DNA of 64,000 bases from Spirochaetaceae bacterium (GCA_965224705.1 OZ245056.1:96001-160000), one strand, 5' to 3'; counted from the first letter of the stretch, positions 41,801-52,037 are shown. The notes: a model not told the origin generated them from the letters alone. A program made the numbers and translations.

Positions 41801-43456
41801 GAAGTGATAGACTTTGTTCAGTAATGTTTTGATTAGCACCGAATTCCCTCTGTTAGCTTTGTTTTGCGAGATTTAGTTTAACAGATTTCGGTGCTTTTTG
41901 TTTTCTTGCATTCTGTCTCGGAGCTTTAGAGCACCCACACATTCTGACAGGGAGCCTGTCCTCCGTCTCCAACTCCTCCAGTTTCTCGGAGATGCGTTCA
42001 TTGATATCGCCGACTGCCACATTGAGTTTGTCACCTCGGGCATCGTAGTACAGTGGTACCGTGGCTTTGTCCTCAACGGCACGCTGGAAGTCATAAGTTG
42101 AAACATACTCCCCGAAGACTCGGCGAGTAATTTCGTCTTCTTTGAATAGCGGGGTTCCAGTAAATCCGATGTAACCGGCTCCCGGCAGGGCGTTTCTCAT
42201 ATTGAGAGCCAGCGTTCCGTATTGGGTACGGTGGGCTTCGTCGGTAATTACGATGATGTCATCTCGCTGGGTGTAACCCTCGTCTGGATCGACATCCTGG
42301 TTAAATTTTTGAATCAAGGAAAAGACATACGCCTTATGCTCAGAAAGCAGCTTGCCAAGATGAGTGCCGCTTGAAGCCCTGCAAGGCACACGGTCATGAT
42401 CCACTACACCGCATCCGGCGAAGGTTTTGTAGATTTGAGTGTCCAGGTCATCGCGGTCGGTCAACACGAGAAAAGTAAAATTCCCTCCCAGTTTGCGATG
42501 TATTTTTCGGGTGAACATTACCATGGAGTAGCTTTTCCCAGCTCCCTGGGTATGCCAAAAAACACCAAGTTTGCCCTGGCGTTCTTTGCGCTGTTTCACC
42601 GCTTCAATGGCACGATTAACGCCGAGAAATTGATGATTGCGGGCTACAATTTTTCAGGTTCACCGGATGATTCGTCAAAAAGAATGAAGTTCTCAACAAG
42701 ATCGATGAAGTTCTTCTTGTCGCAGATCCCTTTGAGCAGCGTCTCCATATCGACCACGCCGGGTTCATCTTCGGCCAGCCGTTTCCAATCGCAAAAGTGC
42801 TCCCATTTGCTGGTGATAGACCCAATTCTCGCTTTCTCACCGTTACCGAACATGACGATGGCGTTGTGGTGAAATATGTGCCCGATGGTATCGCGGTAAT
42901 CTGAAAAGTTGTCCTCGAAAGCGTTCTGTAAATTTCGGTGGATATTTTTGCATTCGATAAATAAAAGGGGCAGTCCGTTGACAAATCCGATGATGTCGGC
43001 TCGTCGCCTATAGAGGTCACCTTTAATCCATAGCTCTCGAACGCAAAGAAAATGGTTCTTGCCGGGTTCCGTGAAATCCAGCACCCGAAGGCGGTCTCGG
43101 ACACGCTTTCCCTTGGCGTTACGAAATGTCACTTGAACGCCATCGCGAATGATGTCGTACTTTTCCCGGTTGGCCGATGCGATGGTTTGCGACGCGGCTG
43201 CCGAGGTAATTTGTCTGACAGCATCCTCGTAGGCAGCGTTCGGCAGGTTTGGATTCAATTCGACAAGATTTTTTCGGAGAATCCGTACTAAAATCACCTC
43301 CCGGTCCGATTTCCTACCCAATAGGCTGTCTGGACCAAAATCTTCATTGTTGTAGGCGTAAACGGATTCCCACCCTAGCTGATGTTCCAGGTACTCGGCA
43401 GTGGTTTGTTGGACGAGTGTATCTTCGGTGTAATCGTTCAAAGCTCGTTCCCCCAT
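38813..43456 (-). pseudogene. hsdR: Type I restriction subunit R, disrupted
   Basis: RRADIIGFVNGLPL..ECK, WHTQGAGKS, DEAHR, FTGTP, MWLTGFD, QAIARANR. Frameshifts at about 42652 and 39575, and an ISL3 insertion at 40579-41956. Confidence 0.93.
40579..41956 (-). mobile_element. ISL3-family IS inserted in hsdR
   Basis: Perfect 24-bp TIRs GGCTCCCTGTCAGAATGTGTGGGT, 8-bp TSD TGTCCTCC; transposase 40588-41839 with a +1 frameshift at about 40840. Confidence 0.95.
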
Positions 43457-44118
43457 TAGATTTGGCCACTGGTTAGCGCCAGTAATTTGGAACGAAAATA
43501 GTTAAAGCTTGGAGAGGCATTTTGCTCCACATTCATGTGGGGGGCAATTTTTTCAGCCCATTCTGACTTTTCTTTTCCGACCGTTTGCCAACCTTTGTTG
43601 GAAAGCTTGGATGAGCCGCCAGAGTATACTGCATCGGCAAGCTTTTCCCAGGTACCGCAGATAGAATCGTTATCGTATGAATTCAAAGCGGAGTCTTTTG
43701 CCTTCGGATAAGCAGTCTTAAGGGCTGGAATATCACCGAGAAACCACGCCTCACCTTCTTCAATGGCGATACAAAAACGAGTTTCCGGTTTGGGATTGCA
43801 TTGATTCAAAATATCGAGTAGTTCTTCGCGAAAGGCTTTGAGGCATTTATCGTCAAGATCACAAACAAGAATGACCGCAGCCGGGGAGTCGGCTGGATAC
43901 TTGGCGAAAGTGTTGCCATAGCCGCTCAGAAGGCGTGGAAGCCGATCAAGCAGGATACGCCTGCTGGGATCGCCGCTTGCGACGAGGTTTCCCGGAATGC
44001 GGCCTATTCCTTTATATGGATGAACTTTGAACGTGTGGTTAGCACCGATGATTTTTGGAACAAGAATATCCAGGGCCTTTTTGCCGGATTGATCTTCAGC
44101 GAGGATTTCAAAATGCAT
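43456..44118 (-). CDS. DUF4276-like TOPRIM-fold protein
   Basis: EILAED.SG, VCDLD, IEEGEAWFLGD, N.SPSF.YF pattern; follows the ATPase gene. Confidence 0.75.
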   Translation of the reverse strand: MHFEILAEDQSGKKALDILVPKIIGANHTFKVHPYKGIGRIPGNLVASGDPSRRILLDRLPRLLSGYGNTFAKYPADSPAAVILVCDLDDKCLKAFREELLDILNQCNPKPETRFCIAIEEGEAWFLGDIPALKTAYPKAKDSALNSYDNDSICGTWEKLADAVYSGGSSKLSNKGWQTVGKEKSEWAEKIAPHMNVEQNASPSFNYFRSKLLALTSGQI

Positions 44119-44123
44119 ACAAA

Positions 44124-45416
44124 CTACCTTGCATCAAGATAATCACTGTACCAAAGACCGCCCAGGGGCAATCCTTCGGCCACCATATTTTTAACCAGTT
44201 CATCATCACTGGCTCTGCGTATTTTTGAGAATCCATCTTCGCCTTTTTCTAAAACCCATACCTCTTTGGGTTCAAGTGCGTCGACAAAGTAGGGCTGGTG
44301 GGTAGTGATGAATACTTGTGACCCTCCTTTTCGACCGGTAGCGTGTTCACGAAATTCTGTTGCCAGGGACTCAAGCAGTTTATGATACAAACCGTTTTCC
44401 GGTTCTTCGATACACAGAAACGGCGGTGGCGTCGGATCCTCCAACAATAGAAGATAGGCGAAAACTTTCAAGGTTCCGTCAGACATCTGCTGCGAATAAA
44501 AGGGGTCCTGGAAGCCTTTGTCATTGAATCGAAGCAGCAGCCGGCCATCGTTCGTTTTTTCGGTGTCTATTTTTTCCACACCGGGAATTTTCTCTGCAAT
44601 TCGTTTTAATATTGATTGAAAACGTTTGGGTTGTTCTCGTTCCATAAATTGAACAACATTTCCCAGATTGTCTCCGTGAATGTTGAGATGTTTTTGCGGA
44701 CCGGCAAGGGGGAGACTGCGCGCAGCATCCGGTGTAAAATAACTGAGATACCAACCTTCAATGAACTTTCGAAATGCTGAGATACGCGGGTGTTGTTTGA
44801 GTGAACCCAAAGTTGCGATGCCAAGTTTACGATAATCGTCTAGCTCAATCACCTCAGTTTCTCTGGATTCTTCCTGAGCTTTTCCAGATTTGATGGATTC
44901 CATTAAGCCAACCAGATCAAAGTTGTCTGCTGCTTCATCTATTTCTAAGCCTTCTTGTTCTCCCTTCCAAACAACGCCTTTCCCCTCGTTCAATATGAGA
45001 AAAGAAAAGGGTCTGCCGTGTTTTTGTCCTTTTCTTCGCTGTCGAAAGCGCTCCTTAAAGACATACGGTCGGTCCCTCTTATCAACTTTTATCGAAAGTT
45101 CATAGGTAATTGGGCGGGATTTATTGTCTTCCTTGTAATAAATTTGAAATTCAATGGGGCCGGTTTTTCCCTTGGAAATTAGCTTCGCAAAGCCGCCTCG
45201 TCCTCGGGCCTCACAAGCCTCTTCAACGCCCAGTTTTAAGCAATCAGCCAGAAAACCGAAGGCGTCGAACAGGGTGCTTTTTCCAACGCCGTTTTTTCCG
45301 ATAACCGCGGTCATGGGTGTAATGGGTTCTGTTTTCTGCAAATTCCACAGACGGCCAAGTTTAACATCTTTTAATGATTGGAAATTTTTGATTCGGAATC
45401 CTTCTATTTTAGCCAT
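44124..45416 (-). CDS. ABC-type ATPase (AAA_21/AAA_15-like)
   Basis: IKNFQSL, Walker A GKNGVGKS, signature MSDGT, Walker B CIEEPENGL, TTHQP. Confidence 0.9.
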   Translation of the reverse strand: MAKIEGFRIKNFQSLKDVKLGRLWNLQKTEPITPMTAVIGKNGVGKSTLFDAFGFLADCLKLGVEEACEARGRGGFAKLISKGKTGPIEFQIYYKEDNKSRPITYELSIKVDKRDRPYVFKERFRQRRKGQKHGRPFSFLILNEGKGVVWKGEQEGLEIDEAADNFDLVGLMESIKSGKAQEESRETEVIELDDYRKLGIATLGSLKQHPRISAFRKFIEGWYLSYFTPDAARSLPLAGPQKHLNIHGDNLGNVVQFMEREQPKRFQSILKRIAEKIPGVEKIDTEKTNDGRLLLRFNDKGFQDPFYSQQMSDGTLKVFAYLLLLEDPTPPPFLCIEEPENGLYHKLLESLATEFREHATGRKGGSQVFITTHQPYFVDALEPKEVWVLEKGEDGFSKIRRASDDELVKNMVAEGLPLGGLWYSDYLDAR

Positions 45417-45549
45417 TGCGCATCTCCCTGACCATCAAATTTCTGTTTGTCCCGTGCACCGCCACTTGTAAAGTAATCGAAAAGAACCGCTCTGGATAAT
45501 CACTGAGATGAGAGCGAATGAGAGATTTTATTTGTTCAGCAGTTACCAT
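45409..45549 (-). pseudogene. N-terminal stub of an AAA ATPase of the type paired with S8 peptidases (IetA-like)
   Basis: 46-codon ORF MVTAEQIKSLIRSHLSDYPERFFSITLQVAVH; recognised from memory of the family N-terminus. Confidence 0.55.
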
Positions 45550-45561
45550 TTTATCACCATC

Positions 45562-45840
45562 TTACTGTTTTTTTGTTGGAGTCGTCGGCTTCGCTGTTTG
45601 GTGGTCTTGTGGAAGTCTACTTGCGTAATCATTCACAATTAAACCTCCAATTATACTAACCCCCAAAGTTACAATGATACCCCAAAGTATTTTCCTAAAA
45701 CGACGCATCAATTTAAAGGGCAAAATATCAAGGGTGCAGTTGTTTGGGTGCGTAAATTTTTCGAACAAGAAGCGTAGTTGTTCTTCCAGGTACTCAGCGG
45801 TGGTTTGTTGGACGAGTGTATCTTCGGTGTAATCGTTCAT
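45562..45840 (-). pseudogene. Duplicated hsdR 5' end fused to an unrelated hydrophobic tail
   Basis: 45784-45839 matches 43385-43440 at 54/56; product starts MNDYTEDTLVQQTTAEYLE. Confidence 0.75.
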
Positions 45841-47600
45841 TTGTCCGGCCTCTCAAATCTCAATCCAAGCAAACTGCCAGAAGGCGTTGCATCAGAAAGT
45901 TTAAGCCGAACATAATCTCCGAATTTGAAGTCATCTGAAAAGTCAGATGATGGAATCATATCAGAATTAATTGTACAAATATACTGACCGCCGAGTGTTG
46001 TTGATATTTCATGTGCTCGCTCAAATGCAAGCGCACGCTGGCGAGCATCAACAGAGTCGTACATCAGAGTATCGTGAATAAGAAAATCGATACCTGAGCG
46101 ACTCTCCATTTGTAGTTGAAGTACCGCGAGGTCAAAGCAGAAAATTTTCATCTTCTCAATTCCCTCACTGCCACTTCGTTCAATATCTACTTTATATTTA
46201 TAACCAGTCTCTCCTACATCAATCACGAGTTTTCCTGGAGATTTATATAAAGCTTGCGAATGTTCGTTGAAAAGCCCGACAGCTTTCGACCATATTTCCC
46301 GCCTCTGTTCGTGATCGATTTCCGCTGTTCTTACAAGCTCAACTTTAGCAACCTTTACATCTCTTTTCGTAGTTTTAAGATTCTTCATCTCACGCAACCG
46401 CGCTTGAATTCTTTCTAACGAACCTTGTAAAACCAAATGCCGTTCTTGGAGCTTTGTCATTTCTTGAAGAGCACCGTGGGTTTTTAGGATTTGCATCACC
46501 TCGGCGCGCTCGTCAGTAAGTTCATTTATTCTCAACTTTCGGTCGCTGATCGCTTTTTGTATTCTTGAGATTTCAGTAGATAAGAAATCTCGACGGTTAG
46601 TGATTATCGCCTTATGAAACGTTCTAGCTTCTTCCATCGTTCGTTTGACAGCATCAGGGAATACCAATCCGGATTCCTGGTATAACTTATCAAGAGACAT
46701 TGTACCGGGTGGTTTTTCATCAGCGATGGATTCTTCATACCGTGACAGACGACGGCGATCAGAAACATTGAGGTTGGCTAACGAATGTATTTCTTTAGTA
46801 AGTTTATCAGCATCCTTTTGGATGGATTCGTACTGTGGATGGACCTTGAATGAATCCAAAGCGATCTTTGCGGCTGAGGTTTGCTGTTCCAGTTGAATTC
46901 GCTGCGTTTCCAACTCTCCTACTGTTCCGACAGCTCTTTCCATTGCACCGGTCTTAATCGCTTTTTCGATGGCTTTGACGCCTTCTTCCTGGTCTTTTAG
47001 TCCTTGCCATATTAAAGCGTTTTCCCAATTCATACCAAGGAGATATGCGGTGTGTAGCTGGATATCCCAGGTTATTTGATGGCGAAAATGACGGAATGGA
47101 CTCGTGTATGCATCAGGTCCTCTTCGAATGAAGTATGAAACCAAGCTTCTAAAACTTGGTTTATAAGCGTGCTGATCTGCGGACCGAGGCAGTCCAAAAA
47201 GAGTCCGACCAAGCAATTCTCGCCATCGTTCTATCTTGAAAACATGCTCACCGGTTTTCTCATCAACGTCGGGTTGTTCCGGCCAATTAGCTGTGTTTCC
47301 TTCTATGACGATACGACTGTGCTCTTCCACCGATCTGGTGACCTTTACGCGAGAACGGTTGATGGTGATGTCAACCGTGAAAGACCAATTGCTCAGCGGT
47401 TCAATAATCAGGCCGGATCCTTTTCTCGCACGACTTCCAAGGCAAAAATCTATGATTTCCAGCAATGTTGATTTACCGAGACCATTACGAGTATCTTTTT
47501 CGGAAGAGCTTTCAGTGCGATCCGCAAGAATAACATTGAGCCCACTGGAAAATTGTACAGTATGGAAAGAAGATTGGTTCGCTGTGACGCTGTGGATCAT
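45837..47600 (-). CDS. SMC-like ABC ATPase (DUF2326-like), ABC-3C/Lamassu LmuB-like
   Basis: RNGLGKST Walker A, central coiled coil, GSEG..KMKIFCFDL, FLIHD..DSVDARQ, QYICTIN. Confidence 0.88.
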   Translation of the reverse strand: MIHSVTANQSSFHTVQFSSGLNVILADRTESSSEKDTRNGLGKSTLLEIIDFCLGSRARKGSGLIIEPLSNWSFTVDITINRSRVKVTRSVEEHSRIVIEGNTANWPEQPDVDEKTGEHVFKIERWRELLGRTLFGLPRSADQHAYKPSFRSLVSYFIRRGPDAYTSPFRHFRHQITWDIQLHTAYLLGMNWENALIWQGLKDQEEGVKAIEKAIKTGAMERAVGTVGELETQRIQLEQQTSAAKIALDSFKVHPQYESIQKDADKLTKEIHSLANLNVSDRRRLSRYEESIADEKPPGTMSLDKLYQESGLVFPDAVKRTMEEARTFHKAIITNRRDFLSTEISRIQKAISDRKLRINELTDERAEVMQILKTHGALQEMTKLQERHLVLQGSLERIQARLREMKNLKTTKRDVKVAKVELVRTAEIDHEQRREIWSKAVGLFNEHSQALYKSPGKLVIDVGETGYKYKVDIERSGSEGIEKMKIFCFDLAVLQLQMESRSGIDFLIHDTLMYDSVDARQRALAFERAHEISTTLGGQYICTINSDMIPSSDFSDDFKFGDYVRLKLSDATPSGSLLGLRFERPDK

Positions 47601-47824
47601 ACCTCCCCCCTATTGATCAAACCATTCTTTAGATTTACGACACCGGTGATGTAGAGGAGGTCGAGCGCCAAAACGAATCTCTCATACGTCCCCACAGCGT
47701 GGTTTTCCCGAACTTTTTCCCATAGGCTTGTAATCGTTTGCGATTTTTCGAGGTGCGTCAATAGCACGCCACCGATGCCCAGCAATGCTTGTTCTTCCGA
47801 GATGTGTTTGGATGGTAGAATCAT
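47597..47824 (-). CDS. ABC-3C middle component (LmuC-like)
   Basis: 75 aa, MILPSKHI..ALLGIG..FVLALDLLY; 4-nt overlaps with both neighbours. Confidence 0.8.
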   Translation of the reverse strand: MILPSKHISEEQALLGIGGVLLTHLEKSQTITSLWEKVRENHAVGTYERFVLALDLLYITGVVNLKNGLINRGEV

Positions 47825-48594
47825 TTTTCAAACACCTCGCAAGCCTCGAAGAGGTGTATCAGCACAGCCAGCCCGGCAGAACGTTGCGCTTGTCGCTGAA
47901 ACCCTTGTTGCGCAAATCGACACATTAATTCGAAAAGCTCACCACCTTTGCCGCCATTTTTTTTTATACGCCAATATTCAGAAAGAAATCCTGCTTTGAG
48001 TCTCTCAGGAAAATCCTGGTCAGTTTGTGCAACGCTTTCGATGTACCTTGCTACTTCATTGGCAACCCCAAGCCCCATGGCAATAACACCTCGCGCATCG
48101 GCATTGAGGTCGTTTTTCTGAATTTTGTCTTCGACTTTCAGTAGCGAGTAATCGTTTGTAACCGCAGACGGCAGAATTGTAGAAGCCCATTGAGTAGCCT
48201 CCTGTAGTTCTGCGAAACTGACATCTGCGAAAGCGTCAATCATTGCCTGGCGGACTTTTGTCTCATGTTCGGTCTTGATCAGATGCAATCTAGAAACTGG
48301 ATAATCGTCTTCACCTTGGGGGATTGCATCGATCACCGTATGGCAGGCTGGGCATAGGTATATAAGATTGTTGTAGTGATTACGCTCATCATCTGTCATA
48401 TTGGAATCGTAACGTGCCGACCTCTGTTTTTTCCCCTTGCCGTCATGTTCCCCAGCGATGTGAGCAGCCTCACCAATGTTTGTAGGATTTCCTGATGTGC
48501 TATCTGGCGTAAGCCGTTTTCCACAACCAGGTAACGCACAGAGATCTCCACTGCGATAGGCAAGTAACAGTTTGGTGGGATATGAAACGCTCAT
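47821..48594 (-). CDS. HNH-nuclease effector with ABC-3C C-terminal domain (LmuA-like)
   Basis: CALPGC, AAHI, NLIYLCPACHTVID; ends LFEACEVFEK. Confidence 0.85.
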   Translation of the reverse strand: MSVSYPTKLLLAYRSGDLCALPGCGKRLTPDSTSGNPTNIGEAAHIAGEHDGKGKKQRSARYDSNMTDDERNHYNNLIYLCPACHTVIDAIPQGEDDYPVSRLHLIKTEHETKVRQAMIDAFADVSFAELQEATQWASTILPSAVTNDYSLLKVEDKIQKNDLNADARGVIAMGLGVANEVARYIESVAQTDQDFPERLKAGFLSEYWRIKKNGGKGGELFELMCRFAQQGFQRQAQRSAGLAVLIHLFEACEVFEK

Positions 48595-49765
48595 ACTGCC
48601 ACCTCACCGTTCATCAGGCGTGGGAGTAGTTTATCTCTGGCACTGACAAGATGTTCGTTGATTAGTTGCAGTTTTTCTATCTGCTCGGCGACAGTACCTG
48701 CAAAATCATCGAAATGCTTCAAAAGACTCGCGGGGGGATGAAGACATCTAATCCGGTGCACGTCGTTTCGATTCAATGTAGGTACGGCCGCTCCCCCGTT
48801 GTATTGCTCAAGGTGCATTTCAGAGAGGAGGTGAGTTGCAAACAATGGCCCTATTTTCTTAAATTTCTTGACCCATAGAGCTGTATTTAGGGGCCAGAAG
48901 TCGCAAGGTACATACATCACTGTACCGAGTGCCCCTGAGCGGCCCGTAACAACACCGGGACCCTTGACCTTGGCCACGTTGTGATATCCGTTGATACCTG
49001 TTGAAGCATAAATCGGAAATAGGCCTTCCTTGCGTTGTTTTACAGGTAGGTCGAAACCTCTCTGTAACGTGAGAAGCTCGCCCAGCGGCGGTTTACTCCA
49101 CCCTTCCGGCACACCATCTCTAATCTTCACATGCTCATGACCGGGAAACCGGAGATGAACAAACCACTCTTTGTAAAGCAGCCGAGCCGCCTGCTCCAGC
49201 AACTGAATTCGCCGTCGGTTGTTTTCAATTAGGTCATCATAGGCGGAGAGTACAGTCGCGATATCGCGTTGCTCCGAGAGTGATGGGCAAGGAACCTCAA
49301 AATTACGAAGAACTGTTAGATTGATATGAGGCACGCCAGATGAAGACACATAATTCTGAATCTTCTGGATCGCTTGATTACTTGAGAAGTAGTAGTAGAT
49401 GAATTGACGGTCAGCTTTTGAAGGATCAACAGTCATTTTCATCTGGCTTGAGATACGACATATCTATCAAACCGACTGTCTTCGGGAATTATGGAAACCT
49501 GTCCAAGTGTACCCCTCTGCGTGAAAACAAGGTCAAGTGGGGCAGCAAGATTTCCAAATAAGTCTTTCCTAACCTTCTCTTCTGAGACGAAAACGAAGTC
49601 ATCATCATCAAGATATCGTCCGCTGTTCAGGTTGCTACCGCGTATAACGGGAACACCATCGTCTAGATAATCTCGAGAGGTAAGTTTCGAACCAAAAGGA
49701 CCACCAACCAATGCGTACGGAACATCCGCTGCCAACGTTTCCAATTTGACCGTAGGCCAGCTCAT
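48591..49765 (-). pseudogene. hsdS: Type I specificity subunit, frameshifted
   Basis: GGPFGS TRD, P.LSEQ..I..LSAYDDLIENNRRRI, RDKLLPRLMNGE. One base is missing at about 49449 (caa-gcc-aga-tga vs caa-agc-cag-atg). Confidence 0.9.
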
Positions 49766-51870
49766 ACCCCCAACTCCTCAAAATTCTTCTTTATCGCCGC
49801 CGCAAGATTCACCGCCTCTGCGTTGAGATCTTCAAGTTCAACATGTATTTCACGCATGGCCTCTTCAAAATCGAAATCCTCGTCTTCCTCTTCGGGTGCC
49901 ACACCCACGTAGCGTCCCGGCGTCAGTGACCAATCGTTGGCTTCAATTTCGGCTCGGCCGACCAGTTTGACAAGGCCTTCCACATCGCAGAGTTTTGCTT
50001 CGGGGAAGCGTTCGGTGAGCCAGTGGACTTGTCTCCAGAAGTAGCGAACCTGCTTTAGCTGTTCAACAGCAAGGCTTCGCGCTTCATCGGCCATTTTGCG
50101 GACTTTGGTGATCTCTTTTCCAGACCAGGAAGCGCTCTCCCGTGCAGCGCATTGGTTCACACAGGTTTCGATGAGCCTGGTTGCGATCTTGAAGAGCAGA
50201 TCCGTTTGCTTCACCAGATTTCTACTGGACTCTGCAAGGGTTGACAGTCGGTCCACGGCTTTTTTGAGTTCGCCGTTGCTGGTTTTCTGCTTTTTCCAGG
50301 CGGTCTGTTGTTTCGTTAATTCGGAATTGAAGGCTTCGACATCCATCGTGAAAGCCGGGATGGCCGTGTTGAATTCGGACCAGGCTTCCGAATGGGCACC
50401 ATCTTTACCCAGAGTCTTGATGAAGGGATTCACGGCCTTTTTCAACGATTCCAGAGAGGATGAGAAATCCGGCAGGGGCGTGGTGCGGTCAACATCCCGA
50501 GCCTGGAAGCAGCCCTTAGATTCGGCAAGCATTCGTCGACAATAGCCGCTGACTATGTCGAGGTACTTCTTCGTCTGGCCGCGATGGAGGGCGACAATCG
50601 AGAGAATATTCTGCTCCTGCTCGGGACTGAAGTCGTAGATTTTGCGCGTGACCTTTCGGTATATGTTTCGCCCATCGATCATCAAGACCTTGCCCTGATG
50701 CTGTTTTGGCTTATCCCGATTCAAAAACCACAGCTCACAGGGCACGGTACGGGTGTAAAAGAAGTTGGAACGAATGGCGATCATCACATCCACATCGCCA
50801 GACTCGATCAGCTTCTGCCGCACCTTGGCTTCATCGCGTCCGGCGCTGGAGGCCTGGGAAGACATAACAAATCCGGCGCGGCCCTTTTTGTTTAGATAGC
50901 TGTAAAAATAGCTGATCCACACATAGTTGCCGTTGGAAACCTTGTCTTTCTTGTTCACGCCGGGAAGCCCAAAGGGTAGACGCGGATCGGTTTTCACTTT
51001 GTCAGCGTCAATCTCATCGACATTGAATGGTGGATTGGCCATCACATAGTCGGCCTTGCCGACCAACTTATGGGGATCCTCATAGTAGGTGATGGCTTTT
51101 TTGATATCGCCTTCAAGGCCGTGAACCGCCAAATTCATCTTGGCCAAGCGAATCGTGGTGGCGTTCTTTTCCAAGCCCCGAAACGTGAGTTGTTCGGTTG
51201 GACTCAGTCCCTGCTCTTCCACAGTTCGGGCGCTCTGGACAAACATTCCGCCGGAGCCGCAGGCCGGGTCGAGAACAGTGCCCCGTTCGGGGTCCAAAAC
51301 ATGAGCGATAAGCGATACCAGAGAGACCGGCGTGAAGAATTCACCACCATCGTGGGCCTTTTGGTCGGCAAACTGAGTAAGAAAATACTCGTAGATACGG
51401 CCAAAGACATCTCCAGAGATTTTTTTCAGTTCATCCGGGTTGAGCGTGCGCAAAAGCTGACCAAGGACCTGATTGTCCAGTTCCTGATATTCACTCTTGG
51501 GCAGCACCCCGCGAAGGTTCTCATAATCTTTCTCAATGGATTCCATGGCGTTTATGATCGCTTTGGCGCGGTCTTTGTTGTCAGGAAGAGATACCAGCGT
51601 GTCGAATTGTGCTTTTTCTTGCAGGAAAATAGCGCCTTTCTGGGAAAAATCCTCTTTTGTCAGTGCCCTTGTTTTTCCGCTGCGTTTCGGCAGATTGGCT
51701 TCGATTCCTGTCTTTACCATCAGATATCGGCTGTAGGCATGGCGTAGAAACACAAGGCCCATGACTGGCAGAAAGTATTCATTGCTGGCATAGTTGGAGT
51801 TGGCCCGCAGGGTATCCGCTGCATTCCAGAGCCGTTTTTCGATTGCTTCAATATGTTCCAGTTGCGCCAT
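49762..51870 (-). CDS. hsdM: Type I methyltransferase subunit
   Basis: LWNAADTLR, GEFFTP, DPACGSGG, NPPF, SLTPGRYVG. Confidence 0.95.
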   Translation of the reverse strand: MAQLEHIEAIEKRLWNAADTLRANSNYASNEYFLPVMGLVFLRHAYSRYLMVKTGIEANLPKRSGKTRALTKEDFSQKGAIFLQEKAQFDTLVSLPDNKDRAKAIINAMESIEKDYENLRGVLPKSEYQELDNQVLGQLLRTLNPDELKKISGDVFGRIYEYFLTQFADQKAHDGGEFFTPVSLVSLIAHVLDPERGTVLDPACGSGGMFVQSARTVEEQGLSPTEQLTFRGLEKNATTIRLAKMNLAVHGLEGDIKKAITYYEDPHKLVGKADYVMANPPFNVDEIDADKVKTDPRLPFGLPGVNKKDKVSNGNYVWISYFYSYLNKKGRAGFVMSSQASSAGRDEAKVRQKLIESGDVDVMIAIRSNFFYTRTVPCELWFLNRDKPKQHQGKVLMIDGRNIYRKVTRKIYDFSPEQEQNILSIVALHRGQTKKYLDIVSGYCRRMLAESKGCFQARDVDRTTPLPDFSSSLESLKKAVNPFIKTLGKDGAHSEAWSEFNTAIPAFTMDVEAFNSELTKQQTAWKKQKTSNGELKKAVDRLSTLAESSRNLVKQTDLLFKIATRLIETCVNQCAARESASWSGKEITKVRKMADEARSLAVEQLKQVRYFWRQVHWLTERFPEAKLCDVEGLVKLVGRAEIEANDWSLTPGRYVGVAPEEEDEDFDFEEAMREIHVELEDLNAEAVNLAAAIKKNFEELGV

Positions 51871-51874
51871 TGTT

Positions 51875-52036
51875 ATTCGTTCTCCATGCTTCCCCATCGT
51901 TCGCAGCAGTTCTTCAATCTTCTTCAACGCGAGGGGCAGCGATTTTGCTTTTCCATTTCCCCGGCGAGTGATGGTTGGAAACGTCAGCCGGGTTTAGCCG
52001 CGAGTTTTTCCTGGGTCAGGTTCGTTCTTTCTCTAA
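51875..52036 (-). pseudogene. Xre-family HTH regulator remnant upstream of hsdM
   Basis: LRERTNLTQEKLAAKPG / frameshift / TFPTITR..NGKAKSLPLALKKIEELL. Confidence 0.65.
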
Positions 52037-52037
52037 G

